Shown: in pieces, positions 1 to 8,000 of the stretch
Layout: every line of letters starts with the position of its first letter
Position numbering within the stretch: the first letter of the stretch is position 1
From: Coprobacillaceae bacterium
Lineage (GTDB): Bacteria; Bacillota_I; Bacilli_A; Erysipelotrichales; Coprobacillaceae
Length of the DNA: 32,000 nucleotides
Direction: 5' to 3'
Assembly (NCBI GenBank): GCA_963675915.1
Contig: OY780959.1
Location: forward strand, 840,001 to 872,000
The notes under the pieces: generated by a model
Seen by the model: only the letters and a program-made list of their open reading frames with translations
Told to the model about the DNA's origin: nothing
The model's database searches: none
Made by a program: the position numbers and the translations under genes

Positions 1-171
1 ATTAGCAATTACTCCTTTATGCCCAATCAGCTTTCCTAAATCTTCTTTAGAAGAATATACGTGGAGCACCACGGTATCCTCTTCCAATGAAGGCATTTCG
101 CGCACATCAAGCTTATCGCTTTGTTCAACTAAACCTTCTGCAATTGTTTTAAGAATTTTGGCATAATTCAT
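1..171 (-). CDS. khpA: KH-domain RNA-binding protein (KhpA/YlqC-like); 3' end cut by the window edge
   Basis: My reverse-strand translation from the ATG at 171-169 is MNYAKILKTIAEGLVEQSDKLDVREMPSLEEDTVVLHVYSSKEDLGKLIGHKGVIAN. It has a KH-type GxxG loop (IGHKG). It starts 2 nt after the rpsP stop, as in the conserved ffh-rpsP-khpA order. Confidence 0.8.
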   Translation of the reverse strand, partial: MNYAKILKTIAEGLVEQSDKLDVREMPSLEEDTVVLHVYSSKEDLGKLIGHKGVIAN

Positions 172-173
172 AA

Positions 174-446
174 TTATTTACCTTGTTTTGAATCTGCGAA
201 TTGTTTCATGATACCTTCGTTAGCTAAAAGGTTTTTAACTGTGTCAGTAGGTTGAGCACCGTTTGATAACCATTTTAATGCCAATTCAGCATCGATTTTC
301 ACTGCAGCAGGTTTTTTAGTAGGATCATAAGTTCCTAATAACTCGATATATTTACCATCACGAGCAACTCTTGAATCAGCAGCAACTACTCTATAGAAAG
401 GAGCTCTTTTAGCACCCATTCTCATTAATCTTAATTTTACAGCCAT
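174..446 (-). CDS. rpsP: 30S ribosomal protein S16
   Basis: The 90-aa ORF begins [35 protein letters not shown], a typical S16 N-terminus. A strong RBS (AAGGAGGA) lies upstream of the ATG at 446. Confidence 0.97.
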   Translation of the reverse strand: MAVKLRLMRMGAKRAPFYRVVAADSRVARDGKYIELLGTYDPTKKPAAVKIDAELALKWLSNGAQPTDTVKNLLANEGIMKQFADSKQGK

Positions 447-477
447 CTATATTTCCTCCTTGTATTTTTAAATTATG

Positions 478-501
478 GTGTTAAGTGAATTCACTTGACA
501 C
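478..501. promoter_or_regulatory. 24-bp near-perfect palindrome in the predicted rpsP 5' leader
   Basis: The sequence is GTGTTAAGTGAATTCACTTGACAC, with one mismatched pair. The core AAGTGAATTCACTT (483-496) is perfect. It lies between the predicted -10 (517-522) and the RBS. Confidence 0.4.
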
Positions 502-516
502 ACTTAATCCTCAATC

Positions 517-545
517 AATTTATCATATCCCCGAATTACTGTCAA
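517..545 (-). promoter_or_regulatory. Predicted sigma-A promoter of rpsP
   Basis: On the minus strand: TTGACA (545-540), 17-nt spacer, TAAATT (522-517), preceded by TGa (extended -10). Confidence 0.5.
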
Positions 546-558
546 GTGTTTTTACTTA

Positions 559-571
559 ACAGATTGAAAAA
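559..571 (+). repeat. Left copy of the 13-bp direct repeat ACAGATTGAAAAA flanking the IS (candidate target-site duplication)
   Basis: Identical 13-mer at 559-571 and 2272-2284. Each copy is 2 nt outside a terminal inverted repeat. Confidence 0.6.
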
Positions 572-573
572 AT

Positions 574-2269
574 TTAATTGTAATTTGAAATTCCACCCCA
601 GTATATTTTAGGGGTGGAATTAATTTATACAAAACTCACATGGAACTTAACCTTACAAATATGAAGCTGTATAATTTAAGTATAGATTTCCCTGAACCAT
701 TGAAGGGAGTGTTTCTGATGAGAAACAAACATTTACTTCTAGATGATCGCAAGATCATTGAGAATTCTCTTAATAGCGGTTGTTCTTTTAAAGCCATTGG
801 TATTCAACTTGGCAAGGACTGCACTACCATATCTAAAGAGGTAAGGCGTAATTTCACAATTAAAAATACTGGCAGGTTTGGCTATGGTTTCAACGACTGC
901 ATTAATCGATATGATTGTTCCGAAAACTTCGCTTGTCAAACTTGCAATCGACGAAGAAAAATTAAGTGCAAATTCTGTGGGTTATGTGTCACTCAATGTT
1001 CAAAATACCAAAGAGAATCCTGCCCGACGTTGTTGAAAGCACCGTATGTCTGCAATAGCTGCGATAGCAAACACAAATGCCCATTGTCAAAGCATTACTA
1101 TTTTAGCGAATCAGCTCAGAAAAAGCATGATCTTAGATTAAGTGAATCAAGATCCGGATTTATTATTGATGAAGCTCAAATTGAACGATTGAACTCGATT
1201 CTCGGTGATCTTGTAAAAAACAAGCATCAGTCCATCCATCACGTTTTCATTAATCATAAAGATGAACTGATGGTTAGCGAAAAAACTCTGTACAATTTGG
1301 TTGATGCCTGTATTTTAAATATCCGTAACATTGATCTTACTCGAAAAGTCAAGTTTGCACCTAGAAGGAAGAAATCCAAGCAATACAAGGTTGACAAAAA
1401 ATGCCTTGAAGGTAGGACCTATGAAGATTATCAGAGTTTCATTGAACAGCACCCTAGTGTCGCCGTAGTTGAAATGGACAGTGTCGAAGGAACCAAGGGT
1501 GGCGCCTGCTTGCTTACCCTCCACTTCAACAATTCTTCTTTCATGATCGCCATAAAACGCGATTTTAACGATTCGGCCTCAGTTACAAACTATTTCAATC
1601 ATATCTATGAGGTGCTGGGTCATGATCAGTTCAAAAAATTGTTTCCGATAATTTTGACAGACAATGGGTCGGAATTTTCAAATCCTGCCGCTATTGAATT
1701 CAATGACAAAGGTGAAAGAAGAACCTACATTTTCTACTGTCATCCATCAGCGCCTGAAGAAAAAGGTGAATGTGAGAACAATCATAGGTTCATTAGATAT
1801 TTCGTCCCCAAGGGCAAATCCTGGGATGAATACAAGCAAAAAGACATCAACTTAATGATGTCTCACATTAATTCTTATGCACGAAAGTCTTTGAATGATA
1901 AACCACCATATTTATTATTCACGACACTATACTCGATTGAAGCAGCTACAAAATTAGATGTTTCATACATAAGACCGGATGATATCACTTTATCACGATT
2001 ATTGATATCAAATAAATAAAGAATCTATCCAGGGAAATCAAACAAACTTGATAACACAAGGGTGGAATTTCGCAATTCAAAAAAAATTCGAAAAATCACA
2101 CTGATTTTTAGTGCGCCCAAAAATCATTCAATTCTTATTTACTAATTCAATTATATCTATATATTGGTAAAAATAATAGATAAAATTCGAAATATTCGGA
2201 TATCAATTTTCAAACAAATACTAAGAGTGGAAGTTAATCAAACAAAGTGGAACTTCAGTTTTCAATTAA
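574..2269 (+). mobile_element. IS30-family insertion sequence, about 1.7 kb
   Basis: Terminal inverted repeats: 574-599 TTAATTGTAATTTGAAATTCCAC versus the reverse complement of 2244-2269 TTAATTGAAAACTGAAGTTCCAC (19 of the first 23 positions match). It carries a single DDE transposase ORF. It is flanked by the 13-bp direct repeat and is more AT-rich than its neighbours. It interrupts the otherwise conserved ffh-rpsP junction. Confidence 0.8.
718..2019 (+). CDS. IS30-family DDE transposase
   Basis: It has an N-terminal HTH-like region (DDRKIIENSLNSGCSFKAIGIQLGKDCTTISKEVRR). The catalytic core shows VEMDSVEG, LTDNGSEF and GECENNHRFIRYFVPKGKS, which is the IS30-type D..D..E with the PKG motif. 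I prefer the ATG at 718 (RBS AAGGGAG about 10 nt upstream) over the ORF-track ATG at 640, which has no RBS. Confidence 0.85.
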   Translation: MRNKHLLLDDRKIIENSLNSGCSFKAIGIQLGKDCTTISKEVRRNFTIKNTGRFGYGFNDCINRYDCSENFACQTCNRRRKIKCKFCGLCVTQCSKYQRESCPTLLKAPYVCNSCDSKHKCPLSKHYYFSESAQKKHDLRLSESRSGFIIDEAQIERLNSILGDLVKNKHQSIHHVFINHKDELMVSEKTLYNLVDACILNIRNIDLTRKVKFAPRRKKSKQYKVDKKCLEGRTYEDYQSFIEQHPSVAVVEMDSVEGTKGGACLLTLHFNNSSFMIAIKRDFNDSASVTNYFNHIYEVLGHDQFKKLFPIILTDNGSEFSNPAAIEFNDKGERRTYIFYCHPSAPEEKGECENNHRFIRYFVPKGKSWDEYKQKDINLMMSHINSYARKSLNDKPPYLLFTTLYSIEAATKLDVSYIRPDDITLSRLLISNK

Positions 2270-2271
2270 CC

Positions 2272-2284
2272 ACAGATTGAAAAA
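2272..2284 (+). repeat. Right copy of the 13-bp direct repeat ACAGATTGAAAAA
   Basis: Identical to 559-571. Confidence 0.6.
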
Positions 2285-2317
2285 TATTAAAATTCCGGCA
2301 AGAGGACCCTGCCGGAA
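2281..2317 (-). terminator. Rho-independent terminator of ffh
   Basis: An 8-bp stem TTCCGGCA/TGCCGGAA (2293-2300 and 2310-2317) with a 9-nt loop. On the minus strand it is followed by TTTTAATATTTT. It lies 5 nt after the ffh stop. Confidence 0.75.
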
Positions 2318-2322
2318 CGAGA

Positions 2323-3714
2323 TTATTTGCGTTTTTTCTTTTTATGACGGACTTTTTTACGGTTAGGATCCATATTGATGTTCCGTTTTGGTTTTTGCGA
2401 TGGCATTCCAGTCGCCGGATCGAGATTTCCCATCATCTTCATCATCTGTTTCGACTGTTCGAACTGTTTTAACAGTCGGTTGATGTCAGCCACAGTTTTC
2501 CCACAACCTTTGGCAATTCTTTGCTTACGGCTGGAATTGATGATTGACGGGTCACGACGTTCCTGAGTCGTCATCGAATAGACGATCGATTCAAACATCT
2601 TGAGACGCTTGTTGGTATCGTCATCGTTCATCTGAGGAATTTTTGGCATTCCCGGGATCATTTTCATGATTCCTGAAAGCGGCCCGAGTTTCTTGAGCTG
2701 TTCCATCTGTTTGAGCATGTCATCAAGACCGAAATTGCCTGATTGCAATTTCTGAATGGTTTTCATGGTGTCTTTTTCATCATAGACATCCTGAACTTTT
2801 TCCACCAGGGAAACAACATCCCCCATTCCGAGAATCCGATCGGCCATCCGATCAGGATAGAAGAAATCAAGCTGATCCAGTTTTTCACCAGTCCCGATGT
2901 ATTTGATTGGGACTTGGGTGATATGACGGATTGACAGGGCCCCACCACCGCGGGCATCCCCATCGAGTTTAGTCAAGACCGCCCCGGTGATATCAAGCTG
3001 TTCATTGAAAGATGAAGCAACATTGACGATATCCTGACCAGTCAGAGAGTCAACAACCAACAGGATTTCACTCGGAGAAGCGATTTCCTTGAGGTCTTTA
3101 AGTTCATCCATCAAAGCCTCGTCGATATGAAGACGACCAGCCGTATCGATGATGATGACATCATTGTTGTTGGCCTGAGCCTGAGCCAGACCTTCTTTTA
3201 CGATATCCTGAGCTGATTTGGTGATTCCTTGCTCGTAAACCGGAACATCAATCTGCGCCCCTAAGGTTACCAGCTGGTCAACCGCAGCCGGACGATAAAT
3301 ATCGGCTGCAATCAGCAATGGTTTTTTAGCATCTTTTTCTTTGATATATTTGGCAATCTTACCGGTTGTCGTAGTTTTTCCGGAACCTTGAAGACCGACC
3401 ATCATGATTACTGTCGGTTTGGCTTCAAAAGAAACTTTGGCAACTTCGCCACCTAAAAGATCAACCAGTTCATCGTGGACGATTTTGACAAGTACTTGTC
3501 CTGGTTTAAGAGATCCGACAACATCCTGACCGATCGCTTTTTCTCTTACATTGGCGATAAATTCTTTTACTACATTGAAGTTGACATCAGCTTCCAGCAA
3601 AGCCAGCCGGATTTCCGTCAACATCTCCTGCATATTCTGTTCCGTCAGTTTACCCTGACCGGAAACTTTTTTAATCGTCGATTGCAATCGATCCGATAAT
3701 GATTCAAATGGCAT
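2323..3714 (-). CDS. ffh: Signal recognition particle protein Ffh
   Basis: SRP54 N and G domains (GLQGSGKTTTTGKIA, DTAGR, TKLDGDARGG) and a Met-rich M domain. It has a Lys/Arg-rich tail. Confidence 0.97.
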   Translation of the reverse strand: MPFESLSDRLQSTIKKVSGQGKLTEQNMQEMLTEIRLALLEADVNFNVVKEFIANVREKAIGQDVVGSLKPGQVLVKIVHDELVDLLGGEVAKVSFEAKPTVIMMVGLQGSGKTTTTGKIAKYIKEKDAKKPLLIAADIYRPAAVDQLVTLGAQIDVPVYEQGITKSAQDIVKEGLAQAQANNNDVIIIDTAGRLHIDEALMDELKDLKEIASPSEILLVVDSLTGQDIVNVASSFNEQLDITGAVLTKLDGDARGGGALSIRHITQVPIKYIGTGEKLDQLDFFYPDRMADRILGMGDVVSLVEKVQDVYDEKDTMKTIQKLQSGNFGLDDMLKQMEQLKKLGPLSGIMKMIPGMPKIPQMNDDDTNKRLKMFESIVYSMTTQERRDPSIINSSRKQRIAKGCGKTVADINRLLKQFEQSKQMMKMMGNLDPATGMPSQKPKRNINMDPNRKKVRHKKKKRK

Positions 3715-3725
3715 ATTTACAACTC

Positions 3726-4055
3726 CTATACTTTCCTTAACATTTCAATGTACGCTTCAATTTCCGGGTTCTTCTCTTCCAGTGATTCATCAAGCTGGTC
3801 AAGCAACTCGAGTCGCTGGATATGACGTTCCAGGAGTCCGAGTTTGTCCTCGTACTTTTCTAATAAAGCGACTGTTTTTTTTAGATTATCATAAACCGCA
3901 TTGCGGCTGACGTCAAGTTCTAATGCGATTTCCGAAAGCGAAAGATCATCCTGATAATACAATCTCAGGTAATTTCGCTGCTTGTCGGTCAGCAGTTCTT
4001 CGTAGCAGTCCATCAGCAGGTTGACGCGGGCGCTTTTTTCCAGACTATCAGCCAT
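3726..4055 (-). CDS. ylxM: YlxM/UPF0122 putative helix-turn-helix protein
   Basis: MADSLEKSARVNLLMDCYEELLTDKQRNYLRLYYQDDLSLSEIALELDVSRNAVYD is the typical YlxM pattern. The conserved position is immediately upstream of ffh. I chose the ATG at 4055-4053, which overlaps the ftsY stop by 8 nt, rather than the longer ORF-track start at 4133. Confidence 0.85.
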   Translation of the reverse strand: MADSLEKSARVNLLMDCYEELLTDKQRNYLRLYYQDDLSLSEIALELDVSRNAVYDNLKKTVALLEKYEDKLGLLERHIQRLELLDQLDESLEEKNPEIEAYIEMLRKV

Positions 4056-5031
4056 TGTCGACAATTCCTTTGCAAAGACCATAGATATACTGCTCCAGAT
4101 CGAATTCCTGCAAATCGTCGATTCCTTCGCCAAGTCCGATATATTTCACCGGAATATTGAGGTTGTCCTTGATTGAAAGGACGATTCCCCCTTTGGCAGT
4201 ACCGTCCATTTTAGACAGGACGATTCCGGTGATATCGGTGATTTTGGAAAACTCGTCAGCCTGGGAAACACCGTTTTGGCCGGTGGTTGCATCAACCACC
4301 AATAAAGTTTCATGCGGACCATCTTCAACTTCTCTTTGGATGATGCGGTTGATTTTTTCCAGTTCCTTCATCAAATTGACCTTGTTTTGCAGTCTTCCGG
4401 CCGTATCACAGATCAAAACATCGAATCCGCCTTCTTTGGCCTGTTTCAAGGCATCGAAAACCACTGAAGCCGGATCGCCGTTTTCCTTACCACGGACAAT
4501 CGGCACATCAGCGCGGTCAGCCCAGACCGCCAATTGGTCGATGGCCCCGGCTCTGAAGGTGTCTCCGGCTGCCACAATCACTTTTTTGCCTTGGTTATGG
4601 AGAATATTGGCCAGCTTTCCGACAGTTGTCGTTTTCCCGGCCCCATTGACCCCGACCATCAAAATGACAGTCAGACCTTCTTTGGCAAAATTGATTTTGG
4701 TTGACATCACACTCTCGTTGGCGTAAATCAAAAACATCTTGTCGATGATGATTTCATTGATTTCACCTGGATCGGTGATGTTTTGCAGACGGACTTCATT
4801 CTTGATCTCACCGACGATTTTCATCACCATGTTGACTCCGACATCGGACATGATCAGGATGTTTTCCAACTCCTCGAAATATTCGTCATTGATTTCCCTA
4901 AAACGGGCCGCCAACTCATTGATTTTGGTTGAAAAATTACTGTTGGACTTGTCGAGTCCGGCAACGTATTTTTCATTTTGTTTAGCCGATGTTCCCACGA
5001 ACATCTCTTTTATATTTTTAAATATTCCCAT
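4048..5031 (-). CDS. ftsY: Signal recognition particle receptor FtsY
   Basis: NG domain with GVNGAGKTTTVGKLA, DTAGR and SKMDGTAKGG. The short form lacks a long acidic A domain. Confidence 0.97.
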   Translation of the reverse strand: MGIFKNIKEMFVGTSAKQNEKYVAGLDKSNSNFSTKINELAARFREINDEYFEELENILIMSDVGVNMVMKIVGEIKNEVRLQNITDPGEINEIIIDKMFLIYANESVMSTKINFAKEGLTVILMVGVNGAGKTTTVGKLANILHNQGKKVIVAAGDTFRAGAIDQLAVWADRADVPIVRGKENGDPASVVFDALKQAKEGGFDVLICDTAGRLQNKVNLMKELEKINRIIQREVEDGPHETLLVVDATTGQNGVSQADEFSKITDITGIVLSKMDGTAKGGIVLSIKDNLNIPVKYIGLGEGIDDLQEFDLEQYIYGLCKGIVDNG

Positions 5032-5033
5032 AT

Positions 5034-7991
5034 TTACTCCTCACTATCTTGATTTTCACCCAGAGTCAAGGCATCTTCCAATTGTACTGATACCAGTTTG
5101 GTAACCCCTTGTTGCTGCATGGTCGCTCCATATAAAAGATCGCATTCTTCCATTGTTCCTTCGCGGTGGGTAACCACGATGAATTGGGTAATTTTGGAAA
5201 AACCACGCAGATATTTGGCAAACCGGTCGACATTGGCAAGATCCAACGCCGCTTCCACCTCGTCGAGGATGCACATTGGAACCGGACGTACTCTTAGAAT
5301 CGCAAACAGACAGGAAATCGCAATCAGCGCTTTTTCCCCTCCGGAGAAAAGACTGATGTTCTGGACAGCCTTGCCTGGTGGTTGAACATTGATATCAATT
5401 CCGGTTTCAAGCAGGTCGTTTTCATCCTCGTAGATCAGTTTGGCGCTTCCGCCCCCAAACAGCGAACGGAAAACCTGATTGAACTCGATATTGACTGCAT
5501 CGACGGTTTCCTTGAACTTCTCAATCATGATGGCATCCATCTGTTTAATGGCAGCCAGGAGCGAATCCTCACCTTGAATCAGATCATCACGCTGTGAAGT
5601 GAGATGCCCATAACGCTCTGCGGTTTTTTCATACTCCTCGATGGAATCAAGGTTGACATTGCCCAGGGACTTGAGGTCCTTGCGCAGTTCATAAACGGTC
5701 GTTTTAGCCTGTTCAAGATCAATCTTGGCCGTGAAATTTTCCGCGGCAAACTCGAAAGTCATCTGATATTCCTGATTTAGCCGTTCAAGATAAGAATTGA
5801 GTTCATAGTTGACCTTGGTCACTTGAACATCGAGATCGTTTTTCGCACTTTGAACGTTTTTGAAATCACTCCGCAACCCTTTGAGGGTTCTTTTGATCTC
5901 TTCGCTTTGTTCAAGCAGATCCATCTTTGATTTCCGTTTTGCTTTCAAGTCGACAATCAGATTATCGCGGGTTTCAATGGCTTGATTGAGTTTGGCGACA
6001 ATTTCATCACCGGCTTCATTGGAAACCAGGGACTCGAGATTCATCTTTTCATTGGAAATCTGTTTGTATTTGAATGTCAAATGCTCCACTTTCTCTTTGA
6101 AGTCGCTCACTTCATCCTTGAGTTTGGAATATTGGAGCTGCTTTTCAAACATTTCATTGGCCAAAGCTTTGGACGTGTTTTCCAGTCCATCTAGCTCATT
6201 ACGGTCTTTACCAATCAGACTTCGGATTTCTCCTATTTCATTTTCCAATATTTCTAAATTGTCCTGGCGGTTGATATTGACCTTGGGATTTTTCAGCCCT
6301 CCCCCTGTCAAAGAACCGCCGATATTGATAACATCACCGTCAAGAGTGACAACTCGATAACGGCTGAACAGATCTTTTGAAAGATCGTTGGCATGATGAA
6401 TATCGGATGCAATTATGATATTTCCTAAAAGATTTTTAATGATTGGCGAAAACTTCGGATCGTATTCCACAAAATCACTAGCCACACCCAGAAAACCTTC
6501 CGACTGGTTGGCCACCAACAGGTGTTCTTCCTTGACGTTACGTGGTTTCATATTGTCAAGGGGCATGAAGGTCGCTCGTCCCGAACGGTTCTTTTTCAAA
6601 AAACTGATGGCTTCTTTGGCAGTCCGGTCATCGAGTGTGACGATATTTTGATAACTATTGCCCAGCGCAGTTGAAAGCGCCAGTGAATACTCGTCCTTAA
6701 CTTTGACCAACTCGTCAATGGTACCCACCAGATTCCGGAATGAACCCCGGGCATTTAGAATCGACTTGACTCCGTGATTATATTGACTGTAATTTAACAG
6801 ATCATCTTTAAGTTGTTTGAACTCGTTTTCCTTGGAAATCAGTTTTAGTTGGTTTTGATTGATGGTATTGTTGAACTGCGAAATTTTTCCATCAAGTTCC
6901 TGACGCTGTTTTTGAGCTTCCCTGATGGTATCCCCCAGTTTTTTCAACCGGGCCACCCGGTCGTTGTAGTTGGTCACCTGACGGGAGATATCACCCTTCA
7001 AAGTTTCGATTTGAAGTTCCAGGTCATCACCATTAGCGTTGTTCAAGGCCTCTACCCGCTGCATCTCGATATCTTTTTCCATCAGCTGGTATTTCGACAC
7101 TGCTTCAGTTGCTTCAAGATGTTCGCCTTGAAGTCGTTCAACTTCACGGTCGATTGCTCCCATCAACTCCTCGAGCTTGTCGTTTTTGTTTTCATTGATG
7201 ACAATATCTGCTTCCATGTCGACAAGTTGCTGAGCAAGAGTACCGATTTGCGCTTCAAACTGCTTTTTGTCGGCTGAAGATTTTTCAATATCCGCAATCA
7301 ACACGGATACTTCGACTTTGGTCAGCTCTTCCTTGATGGCCTGATATTTGATGGCCTTGTTGCGTTGCCGTTCGAGCGGTTTGAGTTGGGATTCGATTTC
7401 CAAAATGATATCGGCTATCCGATCCAAATTTTCTTTGGTTCGCTCCAGCTTGCGGATGGTTTCCATTTTCCGTTTCTTGTACTTGGAAACTCCGGCCGCT
7501 TCTTCGAAAGTAACCCGGCGTTCCACCGGACGGCTGTCAGCGAAAGTGGAAATGTTTCCCTGAGAGATTATTGAAAGGGAATCGCGGCCCAGACCGCTGT
7601 CCATCACCAGATTGGTGATATCTTTCAGGCGGCAGGGTTGGCGATTGAGCAGATATTCAGACTCGCCGTTTTGACGGTAAAGTCTTCTGGTAATCTCAAT
7701 TTCCTGATAATTGAGATCAAGATAGTTGTCATGATTGTCAAATACCAGCGTCACTTCAGCCAGATTTTGCGCTTTTCTAGTCGAAGACCCGGCAAAAATG
7801 ACATCGCTCATCGAAGAACCACGCAGACTTTTGGCCGATTGTTCACCCAAAACCCACCGAATTGCATCGGTGATATTAGATTTACCACAACCGTTGGGAC
7901 CGACTATTCCTGTTATTCCATTGTTGAATTCAACCACGACCTTGTCCGCAAAGGACTTGAAACCGTGAATTTCAATTCTTTTTAAATACAT
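5034..7991 (-). CDS. smc: Chromosome partition protein SMC (985 aa)
   Basis: N-terminal Walker A (GPNGCGKSN), long coiled coils, a hinge, the C-terminal signature LSGGEKAL and Walker B (ILDEVEAALD). Confidence 0.97.
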   Translation of the reverse strand: MYLKRIEIHGFKSFADKVVVEFNNGITGIVGPNGCGKSNITDAIRWVLGEQSAKSLRGSSMSDVIFAGSSTRKAQNLAEVTLVFDNHDNYLDLNYQEIEITRRLYRQNGESEYLLNRQPCRLKDITNLVMDSGLGRDSLSIISQGNISTFADSRPVERRVTFEEAAGVSKYKKRKMETIRKLERTKENLDRIADIILEIESQLKPLERQRNKAIKYQAIKEELTKVEVSVLIADIEKSSADKKQFEAQIGTLAQQLVDMEADIVINENKNDKLEELMGAIDREVERLQGEHLEATEAVSKYQLMEKDIEMQRVEALNNANGDDLELQIETLKGDISRQVTNYNDRVARLKKLGDTIREAQKQRQELDGKISQFNNTINQNQLKLISKENEFKQLKDDLLNYSQYNHGVKSILNARGSFRNLVGTIDELVKVKDEYSLALSTALGNSYQNIVTLDDRTAKEAISFLKKNRSGRATFMPLDNMKPRNVKEEHLLVANQSEGFLGVASDFVEYDPKFSPIIKNLLGNIIIASDIHHANDLSKDLFSRYRVVTLDGDVINIGGSLTGGGLKNPKVNINRQDNLEILENEIGEIRSLIGKDRNELDGLENTSKALANEMFEKQLQYSKLKDEVSDFKEKVEHLTFKYKQISNEKMNLESLVSNEAGDEIVAKLNQAIETRDNLIVDLKAKRKSKMDLLEQSEEIKRTLKGLRSDFKNVQSAKNDLDVQVTKVNYELNSYLERLNQEYQMTFEFAAENFTAKIDLEQAKTTVYELRKDLKSLGNVNLDSIEEYEKTAERYGHLTSQRDDLIQGEDSLLAAIKQMDAIMIEKFKETVDAVNIEFNQVFRSLFGGGSAKLIYEDENDLLETGIDINVQPPGKAVQNISLFSGGEKALIAISCLFAILRVRPVPMCILDEVEAALDLANVDRFAKYLRGFSKITQFIVVTHREGTMEECDLLYGATMQQQGVTKLVSVQLEDALTLGENQDSEE

Positions 7992-8000
7992 AAGTTTCCC

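Noticed and set aside
640-717. N-terminal extensions offered by the ORF track: transposase from 640, ylxM from 4133, tyrS from 27566, the ttcA-like gene from 25447, ribF from 24526 and the GHKL-like gene from 18935.
   Set aside because: Downstream starts have proper RBS spacing and give canonical N-termini. The extensions run through upstream genes, terminator hairpins or promoters, or use TTG without an RBS.
4157-4726. Long plus-strand ORFs antisense to well-supported genes. Examples: 4157-4726 in ftsY, 4739-5104, 6849-7277 and 7638-7985 in smc, 13178-13561 in ackA, 14910-15278 in hydA, 20272-20658 in thiI and 31175-31708 in the peptidase gene.
   Set aside because: Each lies wholly inside a gene with clear family motifs on the other strand. 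Their translations are low-complexity (Ser/Ile/Phe-rich) with no recognisable motif and no RBS. They are typical mirror-frame artefacts of codon bias.
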